Source: an uncultured Gemmatimonadaceae bacterium (GTDB lineage: Bacteria; Gemmatimonadota; Gemmatimonadetes; Gemmatimonadales; Gemmatimonadaceae). Taken from it: DNA of 64,000 nt. Below, piece after piece: positions 9,665 through 20,632 of the stretch. Both the position numbers and the translations under genes were made by a program. The number at the start of each line of letters is the position of its first letter. The first letter of the stretch is position 1. The notes beneath the pieces are model-generated. The model did no database searches. It was not told the DNA's origin and saw nothing but the letters and a program-made list of their open reading frames with translations. The stretch lies in NCBI GenBank assembly GCA_963790305.1, contig CAWBOC010000008.1, positions 32,001 through 96,000 of the forward strand. Direction: 5' to 3'.

Positions 9665-11158
9665 TCAGGCCTCCGTACCGCCAGATCCAGCCTCGACGAC
9701 GTGTTTGCGGCGTTCCCCACGCAGCTGCCGCTCTCGACGCAGTCGGTGCGCCTTTACGAGCATCGCGGTGCCGATCCAGGCGATGATGAGCCCGAGGGGA
9801 ATCGTGACGAGCCGCGGCCAGAATAGCATGAGGAGGGCGATGGCCACGCAGATCCCGCCAAGCGCGGCGGCCGCGCGCGCTTCGGCGGCGCCGAGCACGC
9901 GGTGCTCGGTGAGCATCGCGCTGGCGGTGTTTCCGAGGCGCAGCGCTCCGGCGGCGATCCGTCCAGCGCTCCCGACTCGGCGCCGCGGCATCGAGGGCGC
10001 GCGCAGTATCCGGCGCCGATCGGTGACTCGCGCCTCACTCAGGACGATCTCGGTCGAGTTTTCGAGATCGTCGAGATACATCGCGGCCATCTTCTCAGCG
10101 AATCCCTTGTCGTTCACCGCGACGTCCAGCTCCCAGTTGCCGATCCAGCTCGCAATGTTGAGGTTGCTCGAGCCCACCCGCGCCCATTCGTCGTCGCCGA
10201 CGGCGGTCTTCGCGTGCAGCATGGAGCCGCGCCATTCGAAGACGCGGATTCCCGCCTCGAGGAGCGGCCGATATCCGGACCGCGTGAAGGCCTGCATCAC
10301 TGGAATGTCGCTGGTTCCCGGGACGAGAAGGCGCACGTCGACGTCGTCGAGCGCGGCAGCACGCAACGCCTGCACGTACTCCGGCGTGCCGGCGAAGTAC
10401 GCGTCGGTGAGCCACCAGCGCTCGCGCGCCGCCGAGGCCATGAGGTGCGCGAGGCGCACCATGCGCGCGCTCCACGGCTCACTGGCGACGACACGCACCG
10501 CCATGTTGCCCGCGGGGGGCGTATCACGCACTGCCAGAAGGTCCTCGGAATCGCCCAGGCGCCCGGCGACTCTCCACGCCCGGGCGAAGGCCCGCTCGAC
10601 GTCGTCCACCGCCGGCCCGTGAAGCTCGAGCCCCGTGTCACGCCAGGGCGCTATGCCTCGTTGGGGATCTCCCACCCACTGCTGGCCAACGCACAGGCCC
10701 GACACGAAGCCGACGAGTCCATCCACAATGAGAGACTTGCGGTGGTCGCGGTGTACCCAGCCTAACGGGCTCGAGACACGGAGCGGGTTGAAGACACGGA
10801 CCTCCACGCCGGCACGACTCATCGCATCCCAGAATCGGCGGGACGTCTTGCCAACGCCGCCCAGCCAGTCGTAGAGCACCCTGACGCGCACGCCGTCACG
10901 AGCCTTGGCGCTCAGGGCATCGGCAAAGGCTGTCCCCGACGCGTCCTCCCAAATGATGTAGGTCTCGAAGTGGATCGTCCGCTCTGCGGCAGCGATGGCA
11001 TCCAGCCAGGCGGGATAATTCTCCGCGGCATCCCGAAGCAGGCGAACGCTGTTGCCGGTGACGAGCGGGCCGCCCGCCGCCCGGGAGAATGCCTGCTCGA
11101 GCAAGCTCCGCTCGGATGCCACGCGCGAAGCGGCGTCGGCGACCGCGGCGCTGGTCAT
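9665..11158 (-). CDS. cls: Cardiolipin synthase (PLD family) with C-terminal membrane extension
   Basis: Two HKD motifs, HRKSLIVD and [22 protein letters not shown]. Confidence 0.85.
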   Translation of the reverse strand: MTSAAVADAASRVASERSLLEQAFSRAAGGPLVTGNSVRLLRDAAENYPAWLDAIAAAERTIHFETYIIWEDASGTAFADALSAKARDGVRVRVLYDWLGGVGKTSRRFWDAMSRAGVEVRVFNPLRVSSPLGWVHRDHRKSLIVDGLVGFVSGLCVGQQWVGDPQRGIAPWRDTGLELHGPAVDDVERAFARAWRVAGRLGDSEDLLAVRDTPPAGNMAVRVVASEPWSARMVRLAHLMASAARERWWLTDAYFAGTPEYVQALRAAALDDVDVRLLVPGTSDIPVMQAFTRSGYRPLLEAGIRVFEWRGSMLHAKTAVGDDEWARVGSSNLNIASWIGNWELDVAVNDKGFAEKMAAMYLDDLENSTEIVLSEARVTDRRRILRAPSMPRRRVGSAGRIAAGALRLGNTASAMLTEHRVLGAAEARAAAALGGICVAIALLMLFWPRLVTIPLGLIIAWIGTAMLVKAHRLRRERQLRGERRKHVVEAGSGGTEA

Positions 11159-12044
11159 GCTTCGAGCTCCTCGAGCGTTCGCGGCCAATCCTGCTTGAGC
11201 AGCCGAGACATGGCGCGATCGGCGAGCAGGCGACCGTCCGTCTGACACCGCGCGCAATAGTTCGTCTCGTTGGCCGCGTATCGAATGCGCTGTACCGGTG
11301 TGCCGCAGACGGGACAGGGTTGCTTGAATCGTCCGTGCACCGCCATCCCCTCACGAAATGCGGTCACCTTTTCGGGGAACGCGTTCCGGGCTTCCGCGCC
11401 GAGGCGATCGATCCAGTCGCGGAGGTGTCGATCGAACGCTGGCGAAGAGACGGCTCACCCCTTCGTCGTCGAGCCGCCGCGTAAGCTGAAGCGGCGAAAG
11501 CCTTGCCCGATGAAGGATCTCGTCGGAATAGGCGTTACCGATTCCGTCGAAGAGTCGGGGATCGGTAAGGGCGCGCTTGAGCGTATGGCTCTCCGACCGC
11601 AGACGCTCCGCGAACTGATCCTCCGTGATCTCGAGGACGTTGAGCCCGCCGCGTCTGAATGGCTCGAGCGCCGATGCGCCGCGTACGAGATGCATGGAGG
11701 CGCGACGCTTCGTCCCCGCTTCAGTGAGCGCGAGCGTTCCAGCAGGAAAGTCGAAGGCGGCCAGCGTTATCCGTCCGAACAGCTTCCCGTCGCGCGCGCG
11801 CCAGCGGAGCCGCCCGGCGATCATGAGGTGAATCACGAGATACAGGTCGTCATCGAGCGCGAATAGAATTCGCTTCCCGAGGCGATCGAGCGAGCGCACG
11901 GACTTGCCTTCGATCTCCGCGAAGGGTGGATCGACCGTGCGCAGCACGAATGGGCTGAGCACTCGCGCGATGCTCGATAGACTGGCCCAGGACCCGTGGG
12001 CCGAGCGCTTCGAGATAGGCGAGGATGTCGGGCAGCTCTGGCAT
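11155..12044 (-). CDS. Fpg/Nei family DNA glycosylase; two frameshifts
   Basis: N-terminal [25 protein letters not shown]2TH, C-terminal CPVC..CARCQ zinc finger across three ORF pieces. Confidence 0.9.
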
Positions 12045-12128
12045 TGGGCAGGTAGATGGCTTGCTGCGAAACTGGCTATTCCACGCCGCCGTACGGTCGA
12101 CCGCCTCCTACCCTCCCGAGGGACCCCG

Positions 12129-12563
12129 ATGTCGTTCCGCTTCCTCGCAGTCGCCGCAACGCTCCTTCTGATGACCGCCACGGCGACGGCTCAATCCTCC
12201 CCGACAATGCCGCCCCCGCCGACGACCGATCTCGTCGTGGCCGGTCGCAAGCTCGCGAACTGGATTCTCTCCAATCAACTCGACAGCGTTGCCGCGAACC
12301 TCGCGCCGAACTCGAACGCCGACACGGTCAGGAAGGAGCTCTCGCGTCAGGTCGAGGAGATCGCCATCCACGGTGGAAACGAGCTCAAGGTGAACGAGGA
12401 GAAGGTGGTGCGCCGGAACGGCCGCTACCAGTACTGGCGGATCTCCGAGTTCGAGAATGCGCCCAGCACGGTGCTTCTGCGAATCGTGCTCACGCCGGAC
12501 GGGAAATACGCGGGAATCGGGATCGGGTTGCTGAACAACGCGCCACCCACGGATCCGGACTAG
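12129..12563 (+). CDS. Hypothetical secreted protein
   Basis: Signal peptide MSFRFLAVAATLLLMTATATAQ; GC3-rich codons. Confidence 0.65.
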   Translation: MSFRFLAVAATLLLMTATATAQSSPTMPPPPTTDLVVAGRKLANWILSNQLDSVAANLAPNSNADTVRKELSRQVEEIAIHGGNELKVNEEKVVRRNGRYQYWRISEFENAPSTVLLRIVLTPDGKYAGIGIGLLNNAPPTDPD

Positions 12564-12578
12564 AGGCCAGGGTGGTCC

Positions 12579-13791
12579 TCATTTCCAGCCAATCTTCCTC
12601 TCCGATCTCAAGGTAAAGCTCGAGTCTCCAACCGCGTCCATTGCGATCGTCGCCACATCCGCCACGTCCGCGCGCACGTCGGCGAGGATGGCCAGCGGAA
12701 CTGGAGATTCGCTCGGCAGTACGTGATTCGTCAGCACGATCACGAAGAGCTCGCGCTCGGGATCGATCCACATTGACGTCCCGGTGAATCCGGTGTGGCC
12801 GAAGGCGCGCTCACCCATGCGTTGACCGCAGCTCGCGCCGCCCGCGCACGTATCCCACCCGAGCGCACGCCATCCGGCGCTGCGCCGCGTGAAGCGCTCG
12901 ACCGCGCTGTCGCTGGCAATGCGGACCTGACCGGTGGTGCCACCGTTGAGCAGAGCGAGGGCAAGCCGCGCGAGATCGTCCGCGGTCGAGAAGAGTCCCG
13001 CATGTCCGGCCACGCCGCCGAGCCGCCGGGCGTTGCCGTCGTGCACGACGCCGGGCGAAAGTGTCAACGAGGTCGGCGCGATGTGCTCCTGGTGAGACGG
13101 GGACGGGCGAAAGCTCGTGTGCCGCATGCCGAGTGGGCGAAAGACGCGTCGCTCGACGAACCGGTCGATTGGCTCGCGCGCGATGGCTTCGACGACCAGC
13201 GCAAGGATGGCCGGTCCGGCATCCGAGTATGTGCCACGCGCGCCAGGCTCGCGGGTCACCGGCGTCGTAAGGATGGCGCGCCGCGCACTTGCCGGCGTTG
13301 CGGCGCCGCCGAACGCCGGGGCGGCAGGCAGCCCCGAGCGGTGGGTCAGTCAGATGCTCGACGGTCACGCGATCACGCCCCTCGCCGCGGAATTCCGGGA
13401 GGTAGCGGGACACCGGCGCGTCGAGCCGCAGGCGTCCTTCATCCCAGAGTATCATCGCCGCCATCGTGGTGGACGCGACCTTCGTGAGCGACGCCACGTC
13501 GTACATCGTTTCCATCGGCGTCACGGGCGGACTCAGCATCGACCACGAGAGACGTCCGAACCCGCGTCGCCACACCACGCCCTCTCGCCGGCCGACCACG
13601 GTGACGATGCCGGGGTAGCCGCCCGCCGCCAGCCCCTCGAGCAACGCTCGATCGATGCGACGGAGCTTCGCCGTCGACATCCCGACGCTCTCCGGGACGA
13701 CGAGCGGCAGCGCGTCACGCGTCTGCTCCACCGGCGGTGCGAGGGCGAGCGTCATGGCGACCACGCCTGCCACGAGCCCCGCACGCCTCAC
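12579..13791 (-). CDS. Serine hydrolase, beta-lactamase-like family; frameshift near 13350
   Basis: SxxK (ASLTK), YSD, VHDGNA..LGGVAGHAGLF, HTGFTGTS. Confidence 0.9.
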
Positions 13792-13795
13792 GAGA

Positions 13796-14134
13796 CTACG
13801 ACCGGAAGATGAAATAGACGGCCCCGAGGATGCAGAGGCCCGCCCACAGATAATCGAGCTTCACGGGCTCGCGCATGTACAGCACGGCGAAGGGCACGAA
13901 CACGGTAAGGGCAAGAACCTCCTGGAGAATCTTGAGCTGGGAGAGGTTCATCACCTGATACCCAATGCGATTCGCCGGCACCTGCAGCATGTACTCGAAC
14001 AGCGCGATTCCCCAGCTCGCCAGCGCCGCGATCCACCACGGCTTCGCGCTCATGTTCCGGAGATGGGCGTACCACGCGAACGTCATGAAGACGTTCGAGC
14101 AGGCCAGCAGGAGGATCGTGCGAAGGATTATCAG
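13796..14134 (-). CDS. DMT family (DUF486-like) small membrane protein; probable CTG start
   Basis: [39 protein letters not shown]. Confidence 0.85.
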   Translation of the reverse strand: MIILRTILLLACSNVFMTFAWYAHLRNMSAKPWWIAALASWGIALFEYMLQVPANRIGYQVMNLSQLKILQEVLALTVFVPFAVLYMREPVKLDYLWAGLCILGAVYFIFRS

Positions 14135-14532
14135 CCCTTCTCCTTCGCGAGCTTGAGCGACGCCGAGTTGATGCAGTAGCGCATCCCGGTGGGGTTCGGG
14201 CCGTCGTCGAAGATGTGGCCGAGGTGGCCACCGCAATTGGCGCAATGCACCTCCACGCGCCGCATGCCGAAGGCGCGATCCTCCTCGGTCGCCACGTTGC
14301 CGTCCGCGATCGGAGCCCAGAAGCTCGGCCATCCGCTTCCCGAATCGTACTTCGTCTCCGACGAGAAGAGCTCGGTGCCGCAGCCCGCGCACAGATACTT
14401 GCCCGGCTCCTTCGTGTTGACATACGCGCCGGTGAAGGCGCGCTCAGTTCCCTTCTCTCGCAGCACGTGGTACTGCTCGGGCGTGAGCTCCTTCTTCCAG
14501 TCCTTCTCGACCTTGTTCGATGTATCTGTCAT
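14131..14532 (-). CDS. msrB: Peptide-methionine (R)-S-oxide reductase
   Basis: LTPEQY.VLR..GTE.AF, KYDSG.GWPSF, HLGHIF.DGP, RYCINS, two CxxC. Confidence 0.97.
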   Translation of the reverse strand: MTDTSNKVEKDWKKELTPEQYHVLREKGTERAFTGAYVNTKEPGKYLCAGCGTELFSSETKYDSGSGWPSFWAPIADGNVATEEDRAFGMRRVEVHCANCGGHLGHIFDDGPNPTGMRYCINSASLKLAKEKG

Positions 14533-14544
14533 GGTTCCTCACCT

Positions 14545-14652
14545 GAGGTGCAGGTTGTCAAGGTAGTCGAGGTAGTCGATGTCGAGGTGATCGAGGTGAC
14601 GTCGTTGCCTCTCCTCGATCACCTGGACGTCCTCGACAACCTCGCCCACCTC
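14545..14652. repeat. Inverted 9-nt tandem-repeat hairpin, family A copy 1
   Basis: (GAGGTNRTC)n arms and complement; core is the reverse complement of the cores in copies 2-4. Confidence 0.85.
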
Positions 14653-14656
14653 TGCT

Positions 14657-16204
14657 TCACGGCGCGGTCGGAGTCTCTTTCGCACGACGCACCATCTCGC
14701 GGACCTCGGCGAGCAGCTGCGGGGCGTCGAAGACGATGCCGTCCTTGATGGTCCAGCGCACGCCGCCGCGGCGCACCGCGCGACCGTTCTCGATTGTCTC
14801 GACGCCGGTGCCATATAGAACCTTGAGATTGTGCAGCGGGTTCCCGTCCACGATGGCGAGGTCCGCCTCGAATCCCTGCCGAATGACACCGGTGTTGGGG
14901 AGCCCGAGCGCCTTCGCGCCATTCGCGCTGGCGTGGCGAATCACCTCGAGGGGATGGAAGCCGGCTTCCTGGTGCAGCTCCATCTCACGAATGGTCGCGA
15001 ACCCGTAGAGATGGTAGATGAAGCCCGCGTCCGACCCGACGGTCACGTTCCCGCCGCGCGCGGCGTACTCGCGAACCCACCGCATCCAGATGCGGTAGTT
15101 GTTCCGCCACATGATCTCGTCGGTCGTCGTCCAGTCGAAGTGATACGACCCATGACGATGGGGATCGGGCTCGAAGAACGCGAGCACGTTCGGCATCGCG
15201 TACTCCGGGAACCAGGGAAGCGTGCGCGCCCGAGCGAGATCGCGATTGGCCTCGTACACCGCGAACGTGGGATCCCACGTCACGTTGTGCGCGAGCATGG
15301 TGTCGAGCACCGCCGAGAGGCGGGCGGAATCCGCCTGCCGCCAGAGATCGCCCGCCCAGCGGAACCGATCGAGCTCGTCGTCGTAGCTGTAATCGACGGG
15401 GAAGTTCTGCGGGCCGGGAATCGCCGCATCGGGCACGCCGTACCAGTGCTCGAGAGAGCGAATGCCGAGGCGCGCGGCGCCCACCGCGTCGAGCTCCTGA
15501 ATCTTGAGATCGGTCGCGATCGGCAGGCCCAGCGCTTTCGCTTCCTCGGCGATCGCGTCCCACACGTCCAGCCGGTTGATGAATACCTTGAGGCCGACGC
15601 CGCCCTTCGCTTTCGCCCGGCGCACCGCCTCGCGCGCGGCAGCCGGCGTCTCGCCCCCCACCGTCACGTAGGGGATGATCGTCGGCGCGGCAATGCGATT
15701 CTCCGAGGATAACCGCGCATGCGCGACGGTCGTGTCCGTGCCCTCGCCGGAGCCGGGCTCGCGAATGGTGGTGATGCCGTGGCCAAGCCAGAGCTTGTAC
15801 ACGTAGTCCTTCGGCATCGCCTGGCGGTTGCGCGAGAAGTGAATGTGCCCGTGCAGGTCGACGATGCCCGGCATTACGTACATGCCGGTGGCATCGATGA
15901 CGCGGTCCGCGGTCGGAGCGCGCGCGCTGTCGCGCCGTCCAGTGCCGAACTCGTCAGGCGCGGTCGTCGGAGCGACGCGGACGATCGTCGACCCTTCGAC
16001 CAGAATGTCCATGGGCCCGCGCGCGGGATTGCCGGTCCCGTCGATGACCATGGCGTTCCGGATGAGGAGACGATTGTAGCGCTGCCCGGTGGACGGCGAC
16101 GGCGCTTGCGCGGAGAGAGTCGCGGCCGTGAGGAGCGCGACGACTGCGACGGCGGAGCGAATGGAGAGCACGAGCAATCCTCGGCGGAGTGTGTTCTCTC
16201 GCAT
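14657..16204 (-). CDS. Secreted amidohydrolase family protein
   Basis: Signal peptide; MPGIVDLHGH, GITTIREPG, GSDAG, ADL.IVDGNPL. Confidence 0.9.
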   Translation of the reverse strand: MRENTLRRGLLVLSIRSAVAVVALLTAATLSAQAPSPSTGQRYNRLLIRNAMVIDGTGNPARGPMDILVEGSTIVRVAPTTAPDEFGTGRRDSARAPTADRVIDATGMYVMPGIVDLHGHIHFSRNRQAMPKDYVYKLWLGHGITTIREPGSGEGTDTTVAHARLSSENRIAAPTIIPYVTVGGETPAAAREAVRRAKAKGGVGLKVFINRLDVWDAIAEEAKALGLPIATDLKIQELDAVGAARLGIRSLEHWYGVPDAAIPGPQNFPVDYSYDDELDRFRWAGDLWRQADSARLSAVLDTMLAHNVTWDPTFAVYEANRDLARARTLPWFPEYAMPNVLAFFEPDPHRHGSYHFDWTTTDEIMWRNNYRIWMRWVREYAARGGNVTVGSDAGFIYHLYGFATIREMELHQEAGFHPLEVIRHASANGAKALGLPNTGVIRQGFEADLAIVDGNPLHNLKVLYGTGVETIENGRAVRRGGVRWTIKDGIVFDAPQLLAEVREMVRRAKETPTAP

Positions 16205-16239
16205 GATGTCGCGGCGACGCTCGGGATTCAATACAGCAG

Positions 16240-16325
16240 AGGTGATCGAGGTCGTCGAGGTGATCGAGGAGAGGCAGCGACGTTCCCCTTGATCACCTGG
16301 ACGACCTCGACAGCCTCGATCACCT
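16240..16325. repeat. Inverted 9-nt tandem-repeat hairpin, family A copy 2
   Basis: AGGTGATCGAGGTCGTCGAGGTGATCGAGGAGAGGCAGCGACGTTCCCCTTGATCACCT...CCTCGATCACCT. Confidence 0.85.
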
Positions 16326-16330
16326 GGGCT

Positions 16331-16792
16331 TTACGAAACCTCGAACTCCTCGTGCCCGACGGTCGCATCGTCGAGAAGGATCTCGACCCGATATTTGCCC
16401 TTTTGCCAACCCGCGGGCTGCACCAGGTGGAACTCTGCGATCGTCTCGCCAACGGGGGTGACCGTCCGCACCGTCTCGTCGATGACCTGGCCGGATTCCC
16501 CGGTCCACCGCGCCTTGAGTGTCGCGGCGTTCGCGCGCCCGATCATCACGACAGACGCGTAGATGGTATCGGTTATTCGGAACTCATCCGTCGGCTCGAT
16601 CACGCGGTTGTCGGGGCCAATGGCTCGGCCCAGGTCGATCTCCACGATGCGCAGCGGATCGCTGACCCGCTCGATGACGACGTCTCCCCGGGATTCCTCA
16701 CTTCCTTCGGCGCGGCAGCCGAGGATGACTCCCGAAACCGTCGTGAGTCCCACCACCGTTGCCCTGCGCAACCTGTTCCAACTGGCCGACAT
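16331..16792 (-). CDS. Hypothetical lipoprotein with an Ig-like domain
   Basis: ILGC lipobox; F..TDTIYASV, GW..GKYRVEI. Confidence 0.7.
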   Translation of the reverse strand: MSASWNRLRRATVVGLTTVSGVILGCRAEGSEESRGDVVIERVSDPLRIVEIDLGRAIGPDNRVIEPTDEFRITDTIYASVVMIGRANAATLKARWTGESGQVIDETVRTVTPVGETIAEFHLVQPAGWQKGKYRVEILLDDATVGHEEFEVS

Positions 16793-16873
16793 CAGTCCTC
16801 CTGGATGCCTGACGAGGCGGCAGAAAGCGTGCCGGTGAGGGTCGGGCGGTGTCGTCGTGATGCATATCACTAT

Positions 16874-16976
16874 CGGAATGCGGAATTCGGAATGCGGAAG
16901 TTTGCGGGGAACGCCCCTGCAACGATCACTGATCCGCATTCCGTATTCCGCATTCTTACTCCGTGTTCCGCATTCT
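16874..16976. repeat. Inverted heptamer-repeat hairpin, family B copy 1
   Basis: (GGAATGC)n ... (GCATTCC)n. Confidence 0.8.
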
Positions 16977-16979
16977 TCC

Positions 16980-19066
16980 TTACGGAACGGCCCCTCCCAG
17001 CAGATATCGCGCAAACCAGCCCTGCACCTCACTCCACCACAACCGCTGGTTCTGCGGCTTGAGGATCCAGTGGCCTTCGTCGGGGAACACCAGCAGGCGG
17101 CTGGGAACGCCGCGGCGCTGGAGAGCGGTGAAGAGCGACAGACCCTCCGTGTAGGGCACGCGGTAGTCGAGCTCGCCATGAATCACCAGCGTCGGCGTCT
17201 CGAAGTTCTGCGCGAAAAGGTGCGGGGAGTACCGTCGATACTGTGTCGCCATCGCCGTCGAGTCCCACCATGGGCCGCCGAATTCCCAGTCGGTGAACCA
17301 GAGCTCCTCGGTCGCGCCATACATCGCTTCGAGATTGAACACGCCGGCATGCGTCACGAGCGCGTCGAATCGATTGGTGTGCCCGGCGATCCAGTTGGTC
17401 ATGTAGCCGCCGAACGACCCTCCCGTGGCGCCAAGCCGGGTGGAGTCCATCCACGTGTTGCGGGAGAGGGCAGTGTTGAGCGCCTGCATGAGGTCCGTGT
17501 ACACCTCATCGCCCCAGTTTTTCGTGACGGAATCGAGAAAGGCCTGACCGTAGCCAGTCGATCCGCGCGGGTTCACGATCACGAGGCCGTAGCCTGGCGC
17601 CGCCAGCATCTGATAGTTCCAGCGCGAATGCCACGTGTCGAGCCAGGCGCCCTGGGGTCCGCCGTGAATCAGGAGCAAAACCGGAAATTTCTTCCCCGCC
17701 TCCCACTGCGGCGGGCGCAGCACGAAGCTGTGCACGCTGTCGCCGAGCGCTCCGCGCGACCACATCTCTTCGACAGGGTGCAGCTGGAGCTGCGCCACGA
17801 GAGAATCGTTGTGGTGCGTGAGCTGACGAACCCCAGTCACCCCCCGATCGGTGACACTCGCGACGAACACCTCATGCGGTCGGTTGGCGGCGTCGCGCAC
17901 CCACGCGATCATATTTGCGTTTCTCGCGAGCGTGAACTGCGTGTTGTTCCCGTCCCCGATGAGCAGCTCCGGTTTCTGAGCGCCCATGCCGTCCATCCGG
18001 AAACGAAACAGCTTGTCACGCCCGTGGTCCTGGGTGACGACGAACAGCCACGGATTGCTGGCGGAGAAGAAGTACGTCTCCACGCTCCGGTCCCAGCTGA
18101 GAGGCGCCTCGAGAGTCTCACCGGTGGTGCGGCGCTGGAGCATGAGCCGCCAGCGATCGGACTCGAAGCCGGCACGCCCCTGGGAGACGTAGGCGATGAA
18201 CGGCGCGTTCGGCGGATAGAGAGGATTTTGATCCGCGCCCTTGTTCGGCGTCGTGATCACCCGCGGAGCGCCACCCGCGATCGGCACGACGTAGATGTTC
18301 GCATCGGTATTCCACGCCTCGTCGCGCGTGGCGTTCTTTCGCGGTGTAGGCGATCTCCCGACCGTCGGGCGACCACGCGTACTGCTCGCTTCCGCCGAAG
18401 GGCGGCACCGGCACGTCGTAGCGCGCGCCGGCCGTAACGTCGCGAAGCCCCGTCCCGTCAACGTGGACGACGAACAGGTGTGAGCGCGTCCCGACGTCCC
18501 ATGCGGTCCAATGCCGGTACAGGAGTCGATCCGCGGTGTACGCCTTGACCTTGCTTTCCTCCCGTGCCTTCTCGCGCGCGCGGTTGCAGGCATCGTCCGC
18601 GCACTCCGGAGTCACCGTCGACACGAACGCGATGTGCGTTCCCGTCGGCGCCCAGACGATGCCGCTCGCACCGCCGACGAGGTTCGTGATGCGCCACGCG
18701 TTCCCGCCGCGCACATCCGACACCCAGAGCTGTCCGCCGGTGATGTAGGCAATGCGCGATCCGTCAGGCGACCACCGCGCTTCGTTGGCTCGCGTGGTAT
18801 CGTTCGGGAACCGCCGAGCGGCCCCGCCCGCCATTGACGGGCGCGAGCATGGTGTACGTGAGGCGTCGGTTCGCCTCTACGTCGGTGGTGCGGAGCGCGT
18901 ACAGGAGCGAGCGGCCGTCGGGGGACAGCTGTGGGTCCGACACCAGCCGCACGGCCGCGAAATCATTGAACGTCAGCGCGCGCTTCGCCTGCTGAGCGTG
19001 GCTCGAAGACGCCAGCGCCGCTAGCGATGTAAGTATGATGTAAGAGGTCTTGGCTACACGGTGCAT
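16980..19066 (-). CDS. S9 family peptidase with beta-propeller; frameshifts near 18340 and 18835
   Basis: Signal peptide, SPDG repeats, IHGGPQ, NPRGSTGYG, GGSFGG, HGELDYRV, FPDEGHW. Confidence 0.93.
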
Positions 19067-19085
19067 AGGCGTATCGTGAGAGGCC

Positions 19086-19184
19086 GATTGCGGATTGCTG
19101 ATTGCGGATTGCCGACCTGCGATTCGGACCAGTGTCTCAATCCTCGGTCCTTGTCCCGCAATCCGCAATCCGCAATCCGCAATC
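19086..19184. repeat. Inverted heptamer-repeat hairpin, family B copy 2 (GATTGCG variant), between divergent genes
   Basis: (GATTGCG)n ... (CGCAATC)x4. Confidence 0.8.
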
Positions 19185-19210
19185 TTCCTCTCCCTACCAT
19201 CGGAGCTTCA

Positions 19211-20632
19211 ATGGCATTCCACCGTCCCTTCGCGACGCTCGCGATCGCCGTCGGCGTCGCTGCCTGCGCCAGCGGCAGCACGAGCGCGCCGGCGACCGCA
19301 CCCGCGCCTGCCGCGGCGCGGCAAACCACGCCTGCACGCTTCTCGATTCCGGTCGACTACGACACGCTGGCGAACGGCCTCAAGGTCGTCCTCTCGCGTG
19401 ACACGACCGCGCCCGTCGCCGCCGTCGCCGTGTACTACAACATCGGCTTCCGCATCGAGCCGCGCGACCGCACCGGCTTCGCGCACCTCTTCGAGCACAT
19501 GATGTTCCAGGGCTCGAACAACCTCGGAAAGATGGAGTTCATCAAGCTCGTGCAGTCGAACGGCGGCGTCCTCAACGGATCGACGCGGTTCGACTTCACG
19601 AACTACTTCGAGGTCGTCCCGTCCAACACGCTCGAGACCATGCTGTGGGCCGAGGCCGATCGCATGCGCGGCCTGGCGATCACGCAGGAAAACCTCACCA
19701 ACCAGCAGGGCGTGGTGAAGAACGAGGTCCGCGTGAACGTGCTGAACCAGCCGTACGGCGGATTTCCCTGGCTCGACATGCCGCAGATCGCGAACACGAA
19801 CTGGTACAACGCGCACAACTTCTACGGCGACCTCGAGGATCTCGACGCGGCCACGCTTGCCGACGTGCAGAGCTTCTTCAAGCAGTACTACGCCCCGAAC
19901 AACGCCGTGCTCGTCGTGGTCGGCGATTACGATCCGGCGCGGACCAAGGCGTGGATCGACAAGTACTTTGCGCCCACTCCCGCGCGTGGCGCTCCCGCCG
20001 AAGCCGGACATTACGGAGCCGCGGCAGACCGCCGAAAAGCGGCAAAGCAAGGAAGACCGCCTCGCGCAGCGCCCTGCCCTCGGCGTTCGCGTACCATATG
20101 CCGCCGCGCAATTCGCCCGAGTACTGGGCGATGGGGCTCATCGAGCAGATTCTCGTGCAGGGACGTGACAGCCGCCTCTTCCAGGAGCTCGTGCAGCGCC
20201 GCGGCTACACCGGCGCCGTGAACGGCGGCATCAACTTCGGGCTCGGGAACATGCTGAACTACGACGGCCCGATGCTCATGATCGACCTCGCTCATCCACG
20301 ATGCCGACAAGCCGGCCGATTCGATCATGGCCGCCATCGACGGCGTGATCGAGGATCTGCGCACGCGCCCGGTCGATGCGGCAACCCTCGAGCGCGCTCG
20401 CACGAAGGCTCGCTCGAGCTTCTACTCGTACCTCGAAGCATTGGGCGGCTTCGGGCGCGCCGACCTGCTCGCCGTCTTTGCCCTGTTCGACTCCGATCCG
20501 GCGCGCATCAACCGCCTGGAGGACGAGTTCGCGAAGGTCACACCCGAGCTGATCTTGCGGACCGCTCAGGAGTATCTGCGTCCGACGAATCGCACCATTC
20601 TCACCATTGAGCCAAGGAAGCCAACGCCATGA
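19211..20632 (+). CDS. M16 (pitrilysin-like) zinc peptidase, catalytic subunit; frameshifts
   Basis: L.NGL.V, GFAHLFEHMMF (HxxEH), NGST.FD.TNY, YY.PNNA.L..VGD. Confidence 0.92.

Noticed and set aside
14131..14532. MsrB as a second selenoprotein
   Set aside because: The catalytic position is an ordinary Cys (RYCINS) and there is no in-frame TGA.
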